A stretch of DNA of 64,000 nt from Rhodanobacteraceae bacterium (GTDB lineage Bacteria > Pseudomonadota > Gammaproteobacteria > Xanthomonadales > SZUA-5). The translations under genes were made by a program, and so were the position numbers. This document shows positions 8,680 through 18,338 of this stretch, in pieces. The notes beneath the pieces are model-generated. The model was not told the DNA's origin and ran no database searches. It saw nothing but the letters and a program-made list of their open reading frames with translations. How positions within the stretch are numbered: position 1 is the stretch's first letter; each line of letters starts with the position of its first letter. The stretch lies in contig JANOQN010000072.1 of NCBI GenBank assembly GCA_031422315.1, positions 9,048 to 73,047 on the forward strand, in the 5' to 3' direction.

Positions 8680-9063
8680 ATGCAATGCCCCGCTTGTGGT
8701 TTCGCTACCACTGAATTCAAAAGTTTTAACCAGGCCGTTGGCCATGGCGTCAGCGCCATACATTTGCGGCTGCGGGGAAACGTCTGCGCAAACTGCGGTG
8801 ATGCCGTGTTGGAGAGCAAAAGTTACCAGCGATTGACGGCAGCCCAGAACAAATGGGTAGACGAACACAACCGAAGCGAAACGCTGCGTCTGCGCCAGCA
8901 GCTCAACGTCACGCAGCGCGAGCTGGCTGAATTGATGGGTATAGGCACACTGGCGGTGTCTCGCTATGAGCGCGGAACAACTACACCGGCACCGACGTTT
9001 TTGAGGTTGCTGCGCGCGATGGTCAAGCACCCTAATATCATGGCGGATTTGCGTGCCAACTAA
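8680..9063 (+). CDS. mqsA: MqsA family antitoxin
   Basis: N-terminal CPAC...CANC Zn finger plus HTH (TQRELAELMG...VSRYERG). Confidence 0.92.
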   Translation: MQCPACGFATTEFKSFNQAVGHGVSAIHLRLRGNVCANCGDAVLESKSYQRLTAAQNKWVDEHNRSETLRLRQQLNVTQRELAELMGIGTLAVSRYERGTTTPAPTFLRLLRAMVKHPNIMADLRAN

Positions 9064-9421
9064 CCACAAGTTGACCCGTGCGGAACTCGGCGACCAAATT
9101 GAAGCGGCGATGCAGCAATTCAAAGCAGGACAACCGGTCACATACTCACCTATCAAAAATGCACGCGACAGCCTCGGCGTGGCACCAACCGAATTTGCCA
9201 AGTTTCTTGGCATGTCGACAAGAACGCTGGCCAGTTTGGAACAAGGCATTAAAAAACCCGGCCGCCTTGTGGTGCTGTTGATCTTTATTGCCACCAGGCA
9301 CCCCGATGCGGTGCTAGAAGTATTGGCAGAAGACGCTGAAAAACGCCGCGTCAACTGGGAATTACGGTTCAAGCGCGCCCATGCGCTCGCGGCAAACCAT
9401 GTAGCTAGTGAATCCGCATGA
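9053..9421 (+). CDS. XRE/HigA-like HTH protein
   Basis: ARDSLGVAPTEFAKFLGMSTRTLASLEQG..P. Confidence 0.8.
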   Translation: MPTNHKLTRAELGDQIEAAMQQFKAGQPVTYSPIKNARDSLGVAPTEFAKFLGMSTRTLASLEQGIKKPGRLVVLLIFIATRHPDAVLEVLAEDAEKRRVNWELRFKRAHALAANHVASESA

Positions 9422-9876
9422 GTTTCTACTACCAAACCCCTGACGGCCAGAGCGTCGGTCCCGTTACTGCCCATGAGCTCCTGCGCATGCGCGAGTTGAA
9501 CGTTATTAGCGAAACCACCTTTGTGGCTGTGGTCGGCGAACGCACTTGGGTGCCCTACGCCAAAATCAAAGCCACCATAAACCCAGGCACGAGCGTCACC
9601 AGCGCTGCACCACCCAGCGCACCGCGCATAGTTGGTGTCAATCCGGATGGCCCTCCGATGCTGATTGCGCCAAACTGGCAAGGCACCACTGTCAATTGCC
9701 CGAACTGCCAACGCGAAACCGGGCTCACCTACGATCTCAACCCGTGGTCGATTGGGTTGTTTGTACTCGGCCTCATTGTCCCACTCTGGCCCATCACCTT
9801 GCCGTTGTTTTGGATCTTGGCCTACGTCAACCGACGCGGCACCCGCCGTTGCGGCCTGTGCAAAACCCCGATGTAG
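9418..9876 (+). CDS. GYF_2 (DUF4339) plus LITAF-like zinc-ribbon membrane protein
   Basis: YYQTPDGQSVGPV...L...I...T.V...W.P; then CPNC, hydrophobic stretch, CGLC. Confidence 0.75.
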   Translation: MSFYYQTPDGQSVGPVTAHELLRMRELNVISETTFVAVVGERTWVPYAKIKATINPGTSVTSAAPPSAPRIVGVNPDGPPMLIAPNWQGTTVNCPNCQRETGLTYDLNPWSIGLFVLGLIVPLWPITLPLFWILAYVNRRGTRRCGLCKTPM

Positions 9877-9897
9877 CAACTCTAGATAAACGTTTTT

Positions 9898-10134
9898 TTG
9901 GAGCACGATAAAATGCTTAGACTCAGTACATTGACACTTTTTCTTGCGCTTTTCATAAGCGCTTGCGACAACTCTCCGGTGATGGCTACAGAGCAGGAAA
10001 TGGAAGATGGAATGAAAAAGTGCCCAGCGCTTAGCATCATTCTTAGTGTTGAGCGAATCACGACGATGACCAAAGAACGCCTCGCTCAAACGCTTATTGA
10101 TTGTGAAAATTCCAAGTCTCCGTTTCTGCGGTGA
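9898..10134 (+). CDS. Small lipoprotein
   Basis: Lipobox FISAC; true start probably the internal MLRLS. Confidence 0.6.
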   Translation: MEHDKMLRLSTLTLFLALFISACDNSPVMATEQEMEDGMKKCPALSIILSVERITTMTKERLAQTLIDCENSKSPFLR

Positions 10135-10256
10135 TGTGTCAATCGACTTGGTACTTACCGATACCGCGTCGGCAAAACCTCGCTGTAGCGCCAAAGCCCT
10201 CAATCGCGGTACCCTAGCGATAGCACCCTTCACAACCCACACCCGGAGAGATCATC

Positions 10257-10475
10257 ATGGGAATTGCCAGAAACCTGCTGCGCGCCGCACTGGACTTGCC
10301 TATCGAAAAGCCTGCTGCGCAGAGGCAGCGTAGCTTGGGCATTAGGATATTGAGGGGTAGTTTGCTTGCGGTCTCTACTGGGCTGGCAGCTAGCATCAAG
10401 GAGCCAATGTATCCGCACTTTGACCCGCGTTCCCCAGAGTACAAAGGCGATGGAGAAACCGACGCTAATTGGTGA
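10257..10475 (+). CDS. Small protein convergent on traG; candidate entry-exclusion protein
   Basis: GGAG RBS; 72 aa with one hydrophobic stretch; position as for eex genes (inference). Confidence 0.45.
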   Translation: MGIARNLLRAALDLPIEKPAAQRQRSLGIRILRGSLLAVSTGLAASIKEPMYPHFDPRSPEYKGDGETDANW

Positions 10476-10486
10476 GATAAGTGCAT

Positions 10487-12199
10487 TCACACGAGCATCT
10501 TGGCAACCATTTTAGGTGCCTCCTGAGCTACCGCAACGCCCGCCTTTGCATTTTGCCGCGCGGTCTGTTCATTTCGCTTGCCCATAGCCCCAGTCAATGA
10601 CCCCAAAGCACTCGCCCCTTGCCACCCCGCAAACGTCAAAATAAACGTCCAAATCGACGGCGCTAAAACGGCCATGGCATTGGTGACCCGATCCATCAAA
10701 ATGCGCTTGCTACCAAAGCCTTCAACAAAGCCCTCCAAAGCCCCTGAGTCCGGGTACATGGATTCGAGCAAATTGGTGTCGAGCCACATGGTGATGGTCC
10801 AGCACATTTGCCAGCAAATGACGCTCAACACCAAGACAGCGTAAGTCGCGCAAATCTTAAAATTAAACCCCGAAAACAGCGCCACAAACGGCGCCAGCAT
10901 GTACAGCCACAGCAAGACAATCGACTGCGTAATCTGCTGCAAATTATTATTCGCCAAGGTCTCCGCGCTGGCATAGGGCTGCGATACGACATTACCCAAC
11001 CAGCCTACAAACTCAGTGGCCGTCTTGCCAATGCTCTTACCTACAGCACCGCGGACGCCACTGTCAGACTTTGTTTTACCGGTGTAGTAGCTCAAATCAT
11101 CGGAAAACAACGCCACCGCATTGCTGCGATTGATCACAGCCCTCGTAATCATATCTTTCATACCGTAGGTGCCTGAATCGCTTTCATCACCCAAGCGCGG
11201 AATGCCGTTGTCGGCCATGATTGCGTTGAACGAGCTGACATAAGTGGATTGGTTAACCGTTACATCGTCCCTAATTTTGCGCCACCACTGGTTGCAATAC
11301 GGCCGCGCAGGCGGCTGCACACCGGCCACCATGGAGGTGCCATCACGATTGGCGTCATAGCTAAAATTGCGCGTGCCTTCGGTCGCTTGTAGTGAGCTGC
11401 CGCAAATTGTCGGCGTGGTGCAGGGCTTATACAATCCCGGCGTGTTCATCAAAATGATCGAGCCCATGTAGCTAATATCTTTGAGGCCCCACTCGGCTTC
11501 TAGCGCTAACAATTCCTGGCGCTTACCCTTCTGATCGTTCGACCACGTTTTCCACTTGTTGACCGCCGGGATGTAGCACTGGCTATTAAACTTGACGACA
11601 TCAGCGCGCAGATTGCCGTCCGTAAGCTTCAACTGACTCATTCCTTGATCCAGCAAGCGCAGCGATAGTCGATCCGGCAAGATGACGGTAGTCGCGCGGT
11701 TCAATCCGTGGCCAATCATCATGGCTAAGCGAACGCCCATCGGCGTTTTAATCGTCAGCGTGCCGCCCGCCGGTGATTCGGCAATATTAAAACCCCGATC
11801 CCCATGCGTTTGCAGTCCCAGAGCTTCCATAAACGTCACCATGCCATCTGGCTGTGCGACGGTAGAAAACTGCGCCGGCGGATCGTAGTTTAACGTCCGC
11901 AAATCCAGCGAACCCATTGGCCATACAAACATCAGCATGACGATATAAGTGCCCGCTAATTTCCACCACAGCGTACGCACTACGTATTGCCCGCCTTCGA
12001 GCCCGCCGATCTTTGCCGCCTCAATGCCGGTCGCAATCACCACCACTGCAAACACCAGCTTGAACAGCCCAAGTGACCACAATAATCCAAAAAACTGCTC
12101 ACCCGCCGCTAAGCCATACAACGTGGCGTAAAACTCCAGATAGGAGCCGACCGCTTCGGCAACAAACACGAAGCTCTGTAAATCCGCAACCAGGCTCAT
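10487..12199 (-). CDS. traG: TraG N-terminal domain mating-pair stabilisation protein
   Basis: SYLEFYATLYG start, F.SQCY.PA, P.C.QWW, C-terminal TM helices; end of the MPF-G operon. Confidence 0.88.
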   Translation of the reverse strand: MSLVADLQSFVFVAEAVGSYLEFYATLYGLAAGEQFFGLLWSLGLFKLVFAVVVIATGIEAAKIGGLEGGQYVVRTLWWKLAGTYIVMLMFVWPMGSLDLRTLNYDPPAQFSTVAQPDGMVTFMEALGLQTHGDRGFNIAESPAGGTLTIKTPMGVRLAMMIGHGLNRATTVILPDRLSLRLLDQGMSQLKLTDGNLRADVVKFNSQCYIPAVNKWKTWSNDQKGKRQELLALEAEWGLKDISYMGSIILMNTPGLYKPCTTPTICGSSLQATEGTRNFSYDANRDGTSMVAGVQPPARPYCNQWWRKIRDDVTVNQSTYVSSFNAIMADNGIPRLGDESDSGTYGMKDMITRAVINRSNAVALFSDDLSYYTGKTKSDSGVRGAVGKSIGKTATEFVGWLGNVVSQPYASAETLANNNLQQITQSIVLLWLYMLAPFVALFSGFNFKICATYAVLVLSVICWQMCWTITMWLDTNLLESMYPDSGALEGFVEGFGSKRILMDRVTNAMAVLAPSIWTFILTFAGWQGASALGSLTGAMGKRNEQTARQNAKAGVAVAQEAPKMVAKMLV

Positions 12200-13554
12200 G
12201 GCAATTTAGGCGCGGTGCCTAACTCAGGCTCGACTTCATCATATTCCTGCCGATCCTCGACCGGTGCCGAGCGCATAAAGTTCGCTCGATCCAACACCTG
12301 CATGGCCGTTTCTGCCACCAGCTCCTTACGCACGCGGCTTTCGTAAAGCAGATCATCCACATATGCGCGGAGCAGCTTCAGTACGCGATCATTATTATTG
12401 CCGGCGCTTTCATTATTCATCACCACCGGCTGGCTCGCACCTAAGCGAAAGATATTCATGGCCATCAAGGCGCGGCCAATCGTGTTTTGCAGCGCCATCT
12501 CATTACTGAGCCGCACTTCAATGAGCGAACGCTCCGCCAGCGCCAGCTCGCGAATGGAGTTCACTAATTGATCCGTCAATTGCGTGCCATCGGGCGATAT
12601 CGCCAGCTTTTCCGCCAGCGTCATATTGCGGTTTGACCGAATCGCCGCCTGAAACAGCGGAAAGATGCGGTTAGCCTCCCGCTCAACTTCCGGATTCAAG
12701 CCAAACCCTGGCTTAGTCGACTTTTCCCCCGCTTCGTTCGTCGTGACATACACCTCACCGGTCACGCGCTGAATCCAACCGGCTGCCGTATCGACATCGC
12801 CAAACCATGTGGTGATGAAATTCTCAAAAACTTTAGGCGTATCAGTAGACTTAGCCGCCACCCGCGCCGCGCCATAGCCACGCGCCATGCGATAGCCCGC
12901 TTTCATGACATCTCCGGTCAGCGCAATCACTGGCTGATTATCGCCACCCGCATTGCCAGGACGGCCATTGGGCACCCACGATATTCCGTTTCGTCCGGCA
13001 TTGGCTTCTACCGTTTTTTGCGCAGCCACGACGTTATTGCGACTCGCGCTCGCCTGCACTTTCCAATCGGTCAAGCGCGCTGCCTGCTTAAAGTTATCCC
13101 ACACTGCAGCAGGCCCGCCGCCGGAAGCAATAATCGTTTCTTCCATGGCTTTACAATCCAACCGCGCCGCATTCGCCATCGCCTGCACGCGCAACAACCC
13201 GTTTTGCATCATGTCGTACAGCGAGGGATTGGCGCGCTGCAGAATAATCGCAGGCAACGATGCTATGGCCGACTGCGCATTGGACACCATCAAGTTAACG
13301 TACTCATCCGCTGCCGTGCTGACATCGCGCAGCAGCGCGTTAACCGAGTTGCTCACACTGAACTTGCCACACGAATAGTTCCACGACAATTCACCGGCAG
13401 CCGTGAGCGCCACCGCATTATTCCCAGTCCACGCCGGCCGGCTTACCGGCTCAGCCCCACCCAACTCATAAAACCAAGCGGATTGCGCCTGCACGTGGCT
13501 ACTGCAAACACCAGCCAACACAGCGGCCAAAAGACAAAGACGGATGGATTTCAT
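12196..13554 (-). CDS. ICE protein, TIGR03755 (PFL_4711) family
   Basis: YELGGAEPVS, SCGKF, IASLPAIILQRANPSLYDMMQNG. Confidence 0.9.
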   Translation of the reverse strand: MKSIRLCLLAAVLAGVCSSHVQAQSAWFYELGGAEPVSRPAWTGNNAVALTAAGELSWNYSCGKFSVSNSVNALLRDVSTAADEYVNLMVSNAQSAIASLPAIILQRANPSLYDMMQNGLLRVQAMANAARLDCKAMEETIIASGGGPAAVWDNFKQAARLTDWKVQASASRNNVVAAQKTVEANAGRNGISWVPNGRPGNAGGDNQPVIALTGDVMKAGYRMARGYGAARVAAKSTDTPKVFENFITTWFGDVDTAAGWIQRVTGEVYVTTNEAGEKSTKPGFGLNPEVEREANRIFPLFQAAIRSNRNMTLAEKLAISPDGTQLTDQLVNSIRELALAERSLIEVRLSNEMALQNTIGRALMAMNIFRLGASQPVVMNNESAGNNNDRVLKLLRAYVDDLLYESRVRKELVAETAMQVLDRANFMRSAPVEDRQEYDEVEPELGTAPKLP

Positions 13555-14657
13555 TTGAAAGTTCCCAGTTGTTTTGAATTAGCAGCTTCCGCTGCATTTG
13601 GCACGAGAAAGCGCAGACACACCGCAGGCGTCGCCACTTCACGAATAAAGACAGCCCCACGATTCGGCAGGCAGCATTGATAAGGCCGCCACAGCTGCCA
13701 GGCGTAGGTGTCTTTCAGCGTATTGATCTGAAAGCTTGGCAATAAGCCCGATTCTCCGAACGGCCCACAGCCACGGCTGGGTACCGGATAAAGGTTTTGC
13801 CACAAATCGGTGCGCTCATTGGCCGCCGCACCGCGCGCCCTGATGTAGACATGCGGATTGAATGAACTGGTGGTGATGTCCGCCGCACGCTGCGCCATCA
13901 CGGCGGCGGCTTTGCGCGGCTCCGACTGCACCGACAAAAACCCGTGCCGAGGAAACACATTGCCCCAGACGCTGGTGAAGTAGTCATTGCGCACTTCGCG
14001 CAAATAGGGGATGTAAGTTGCCGGATACAACAGCTCAGCCTCGGGATTGCGCCAGCTCAGCACGTCGGTACCCGATAAAAAATAGGGAAACAAGCTGGTG
14101 GTATTGATCGGACACACACCCGGCACCGCCACCCCAAAACCGCCCAACGAGCCGCCTAAAGCCGATGCGAGCGGATGCCCATACGCCTCAGCCTCATAAA
14201 AGCGCACCTGCATGCGCCGGGTATCCTGCTGAGTTTTGGTGGTCTGATTTTGTTCCTGATTATTCGCTGGTGTATGCCGGCCGCCCTGCACTGTCGTGCC
14301 CGATAGCAAGCCATAGCTTTGCGCCGCAACGCCAGCCCCCAAGCTGATCGGTGATACCTCCAGCCACGGTTGATCGCCATGATGCTCAAACACCGTCACC
14401 ACAAGATCTGGGAAGTTATGTTTGACCTTCAGCGTTGTTTCAATGCGCGGGCCCAATGGCGTAATTCTCAGCCAAAAACAAATCCCAATCACACAGTGGT
14501 TAAAGCAAGGCAGCATGAAAGGATTGATCGTGGCCGCTGTGATCGTCGCTGAATTCATCTGCGCATTGACCGAACCACTCGCCAAAACACCCAGCAAGAG
14601 CAACCCTCGCAGCGCGCCTCCGGACGCGCGCGAAAACGAACGGTGCACGCGGCTCAT
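13551..14657 (-). CDS. ICE protein, TIGR03756 (TraU-like) family
   Basis: GICFWL, KVKHNFPDLVV, PYFLS..D...WR, WGNVFPRHG, YAWQLWRPYQCC. Confidence 0.92.
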   Translation of the reverse strand: MSRVHRSFSRASGGALRGLLLLGVLASGSVNAQMNSATITAATINPFMLPCFNHCVIGICFWLRITPLGPRIETTLKVKHNFPDLVVTVFEHHGDQPWLEVSPISLGAGVAAQSYGLLSGTTVQGGRHTPANNQEQNQTTKTQQDTRRMQVRFYEAEAYGHPLASALGGSLGGFGVAVPGVCPINTTSLFPYFLSGTDVLSWRNPEAELLYPATYIPYLREVRNDYFTSVWGNVFPRHGFLSVQSEPRKAAAVMAQRAADITTSSFNPHVYIRARGAAANERTDLWQNLYPVPSRGCGPFGESGLLPSFQINTLKDTYAWQLWRPYQCCLPNRGAVFIREVATPAVCLRFLVPNAAEAANSKQLGTFK

Positions 14658-15139
14658 AGCCCCTTCCTATATGCACCGATGGCAAATTCGACGGACGAAG
14701 CGCCGTAGTACACATGCTTCTCATTGATGACGACTGCAGGCGTGCGACTAATCTTGAAACTGTCTGCACGGGCTTGCCCATTGGCTGCATGCGCATAGTC
14801 CGCAATCTGCGCCTCACTGAGCGCATTGACCCGCTGGGCCACCATCGCCTTTGCCTGCGTTTCATTATTTGGTAAGCCTTGACCCAATCGGTCATTGAGC
14901 TTGGCCATGTCATCTAGATTGTAAATTGCCAACGTGCCGGCCTTTTCCAGACTCATAGCGTAAGAACCCGCTGCGATGGGCGTGCCGTCCTGGGTAAACA
15001 CATCAACACGGAACACCTCGCCTCGCGCTGGAGCAGCAATCGGCGCACCCCCGGCAGCCGCTGCATCCGGTGCCTGCGCGCGCAATGGCAGCAAGCCCAG
15101 CGCCAATACCAACATCAATCCACCCCAAATCATCCTCAT
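14654..15139 (-). CDS. ICE protein, TIGR03757 (DUF1525) family
   Basis: VDVFT, LP.NETQAKA, PAVVINEKHVYYG; operon position. Confidence 0.85.
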   Translation of the reverse strand: MRMIWGGLMLVLALGLLPLRAQAPDAAAAGGAPIAAPARGEVFRVDVFTQDGTPIAAGSYAMSLEKAGTLAIYNLDDMAKLNDRLGQGLPNNETQAKAMVAQRVNALSEAQIADYAHAANGQARADSFKISRTPAVVINEKHVYYGASSVEFAIGAYRKGL

Positions 15140-17925
15140 TTGCGATCACTCCACGATTTTGCCGGTGCCGCGTTGGCGTGGTTGGCGCGCTTCTCACCAA
15201 TTCGGCGCGCCACTTCATAGACAGATGCCAGTTCGTCGCAGCCTGTCGCAATTTGAATGTCTTTTCGCGCTGCACGCTCGTGCTGCTCGGTTTGCGCCAA
15301 GGCCAATGCAAGCGGTGGAAATACCGCCCTAAACAGCGCCGTGCAACTCTCATGCAACACCACGCCTTCGGAAAACAATCCCGGCGATTTAGTTGCGCTT
15401 TCCACCATGGCACCCTGTTCATTGGTCAAATTCTTCAGCGCCCGCAGCTTGGTCACGTCATCCTTGGGCATCGACAGACACAGCATCCATTCGAGCTGTG
15501 TCAATAACGAGCTCATCGAGCCCTTAAAATCATCGATCGATTGAGTGGCCTGCCAATACCACGCGCCGGCCGAGCGCCAGGTCTTGATAATCTTGGCGAT
15601 GTACGCGCCCATCATCGGGTTTGACGCCAAGGAATGCACTTCATCGACCACCACCACGGTGTTGCGGTGACCGTTCTGCTGGCGGGTGATATGCAATTGG
15701 ATAGCCTGTAATAACGACATAAACGCCACTGCCAATTGATCGCTGTAGCCCTCGCCGCCCAGCTGCGCAAATTCGACCAGCGTGACATCGACCGTTGGCC
15801 AAGGTTTACCCGGCCGATTAAAGATGCGGCCCGCAGTGCTTTGCGTGAAAAACATGAGCGCACTGCTCATCTCATGCAGGCGCGAGCGCGACTTATCATC
15901 AATCGCGTCGTTTTCGCCCGCCAACGCTAAAGCCGCAGCAACGTCTTCGGTCAACACCACACCCGTGGAGCCCTCAGACGTACGCGTTTTAACCGTCTGC
16001 GCAGCCGAAAAGATGGCTTCGGCAATCGCCGTGCGATCCGCTCGACGCATGCGTTTGGCCTCTTCGGGCTCACCGCCGGTAATCATTTGAATCGCGAGTG
16101 AAATCATTTCGCCCAATAAGTCGCGTCCGCCTTCGACGTCGGCGTCATCCATTTCCGTGCGCGCCACGGTCGGATCGAGCAGCTGCATGGCTTGATCGAA
16201 CGGATTGAGCGCCACGTCGCTATCGTTGGTAAGCCGCACGTGGTTAACACTGAGCCCTTGAGCCTTGAAATACGTCACAAGAAGCCCGAACGAGGGCGCA
16301 GGCCATTTCGGATCGATGATCCATAAATAAGGCTTATGCACGGTCATAAGCTGCAACATGGCGTACGTCAACGCCGCAGATTTGCCCGAGCCGGTCGGCC
16401 CAAACACCGTCATATGCGCGTTTCGGATTCGATTTTTGAGTGGATCAAATGTGAGCGGCTCTGCTCCACGATTAAAATACGCCAGCATCGGCGTACCCGT
16501 GCCGCGCGACCGCCCGGAGGTGGGCAGCAGTTTGGCGATTTCACTGTCCTCTTGCAGCGTTGATCTACGCGGGCCGGCCATATCGCGCTCAAACGAAAAG
16601 CCGAACGGCAAGTTGTCGATGAACGCCGTGCCGCGAAATAAATCGTAGCGCTCTTCATATACCGGCAAATTGTGCGTGCTGAGCAACGCACCACAGCGAT
16701 TGGCTTTGGCGAAGAGCTCGTCTTTCGTTTTGCCACTTAGATAGAACACCACGCTCACGCGGTATAACTTTTCGCCCCTAGACATTTTGTTGCGTGCATC
16801 AAAAATATCCTGCCTGGTATTTTCGACGTGCGCCCCGTCCCCAACGCTGACTTTGCCAAGCGAAGCCAAGTGCCTTTCAATTTGAAACTGCGGCTCACCA
16901 ATGACGGTAATAGCAATCCGCGTGCCCTCAGGCAGCTTGTCCATCAACGTGCCGGCGCTTTTGTCTTCCCCGGTCAACAATCCGAAGGCGAGCGAGCCCT
17001 CCCACATGCGCACCGTCAATGTCGTATACAGCGTTTCGTGGCACTTCCAAATGCCATCGGAGACATGCTCAGGCGCGCTGCGCAGCGTGTATTCCGCTAA
17101 ATCCCACTCAAGCGGGACTTTGCGATGAATTTCGTCCGGAAACGGCGAGAGGCGCATGAGCGCATACGGATCACCGTCGGTAATGCTGGGGCTCGGATTG
17201 AGGAACGGCTGCATCCATTCGACCAAATCCCGGCCCCGACACGCCCGCAATTTAACGCCGTTTTCCTCAAACCCGGAGATAAACACGCCGCGCGCTTCTT
17301 TGCCGCGCAACAGGCTGTCTTTAAGCTTTTCGGTTCTGAGCGCGTTGCGATACAGCGTCACAAACACCCGACGCTCTTTTCCACGCCAGGGTTTGCCATC
17401 GATGGCAAATGCGCCGCCGGGTTTGGCAATATCTTGTAGATGCGCATCGACCGCGCCGAGCCAATGCTTTGCCAGTGGCGTGCCTTTGAACGCATCGGGT
17501 ATTGCGTCGTTAAGCTGCGTCCAGAAGGGATAGAGTGACGCTTCGTCTTGCACAAAAAACTGGCTAATCCACGGGGATTGCGTATCTTCCATCAGGGCAT
17601 TGCGGACCGCTTTGGTAAACGCACCGTGCATTTCAACCAGCGTTTCCGGATCCCGACCTTCCGTGGCCAGCGGCGTCAATTCCCACAAATAGCCAATGCT
17701 GCGGCCGTCGGACAGAATAAATGCACCGGTATCGGCATCCCAATCCGAAAAGCGCAAAAAGTCCGCAAAGCTCGGTGGCAGCTCGCGAAATTTCTTTTCA
17801 GCAGCTTTGGTCAATGGTTTGCCAAGCGCAGCTGATGCGGGTTTTAACGCACGATCCGGGTCAACCGGCGGCGGGTCAAACGTTTTAACGGTCGGCAAGA
17901 ACAGCGATTTTAAGGTCGCGATCAT
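15136..17925 (-). CDS. virB4: Conjugative transfer ATPase (VirB4/TraC-like, TIGR03744)
   Basis: Walker A GPTGSGKS, Walker B VVVDEVH, FNRGAEPLTFDPL, W.WQATQ. Confidence 0.93.
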   Translation of the reverse strand: MIATLKSLFLPTVKTFDPPPVDPDRALKPASAALGKPLTKAAEKKFRELPPSFADFLRFSDWDADTGAFILSDGRSIGYLWELTPLATEGRDPETLVEMHGAFTKAVRNALMEDTQSPWISQFFVQDEASLYPFWTQLNDAIPDAFKGTPLAKHWLGAVDAHLQDIAKPGGAFAIDGKPWRGKERRVFVTLYRNALRTEKLKDSLLRGKEARGVFISGFEENGVKLRACRGRDLVEWMQPFLNPSPSITDGDPYALMRLSPFPDEIHRKVPLEWDLAEYTLRSAPEHVSDGIWKCHETLYTTLTVRMWEGSLAFGLLTGEDKSAGTLMDKLPEGTRIAITVIGEPQFQIERHLASLGKVSVGDGAHVENTRQDIFDARNKMSRGEKLYRVSVVFYLSGKTKDELFAKANRCGALLSTHNLPVYEERYDLFRGTAFIDNLPFGFSFERDMAGPRRSTLQEDSEIAKLLPTSGRSRGTGTPMLAYFNRGAEPLTFDPLKNRIRNAHMTVFGPTGSGKSAALTYAMLQLMTVHKPYLWIIDPKWPAPSFGLLVTYFKAQGLSVNHVRLTNDSDVALNPFDQAMQLLDPTVARTEMDDADVEGGRDLLGEMISLAIQMITGGEPEEAKRMRRADRTAIAEAIFSAAQTVKTRTSEGSTGVVLTEDVAAALALAGENDAIDDKSRSRLHEMSSALMFFTQSTAGRIFNRPGKPWPTVDVTLVEFAQLGGEGYSDQLAVAFMSLLQAIQLHITRQQNGHRNTVVVVDEVHSLASNPMMGAYIAKIIKTWRSAGAWYWQATQSIDDFKGSMSSLLTQLEWMLCLSMPKDDVTKLRALKNLTNEQGAMVESATKSPGLFSEGVVLHESCTALFRAVFPPLALALAQTEQHERAARKDIQIATGCDELASVYEVARRIGEKRANHANAAPAKSWSDRK

Positions 17926-18335
17926 GGGTCAATCGTGTCGGTGGCAGTGGCGGTCTCACCCGGCAAGGCGTAGGGCGCGCTATCCCACATTGGGAACGTG
18001 GTGATGTAGCCTGGCACCGGCAATTGCCCGGATAAGTGCGGAAACACATACATGGCCATTGTCGGGTTCGGCACTTTGGCAAAGCGCGTGGTCAGCTCGG
18101 TGGCCTCTGAACGCGCAAAGCCCGTTAAATCGGATCCCGCGTCGCTCAGGTCACGCCCGTGATACGGCTTTTCAATGCCAGCGCGCGCCGGCGCTTTCGA
18201 ATCCGCTTCCGGATCCACCGTTTCAACTCCGGCATAAATATCCGCCATGCTGCTGGTCGCAACCGGAAGTTTGGATTTAGCGCAGCCACCCAGGCTGGCA
18301 ACCAACAAGACGACTAAAATATCAAGAATGCGCAT
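17922..18335 (-). CDS. Conjugative transfer lipoprotein, TIGR03751 family
   Basis: Lipobox LGGC; PNPTMAMYVFPHL...PVPGYITTFP...YALPGE. Confidence 0.9.
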   Translation of the reverse strand: MRILDILVVLLVASLGGCAKSKLPVATSSMADIYAGVETVDPEADSKAPARAGIEKPYHGRDLSDAGSDLTGFARSEATELTTRFAKVPNPTMAMYVFPHLSGQLPVPGYITTFPMWDSAPYALPGETATATDTIDP

Positions 18336-18338
18336 AGG

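Noticed and set aside
8317-10242. 641-aa minus-strand ORF
   Set aside because: It is codon-aligned antisense to four of the five real plus-strand genes (mqsR, mqsA, GYF_2, lipoprotein). Scarcity of TTA/CTA/TCA sense codons explains the lack of stops, and it has no recognisable motifs.
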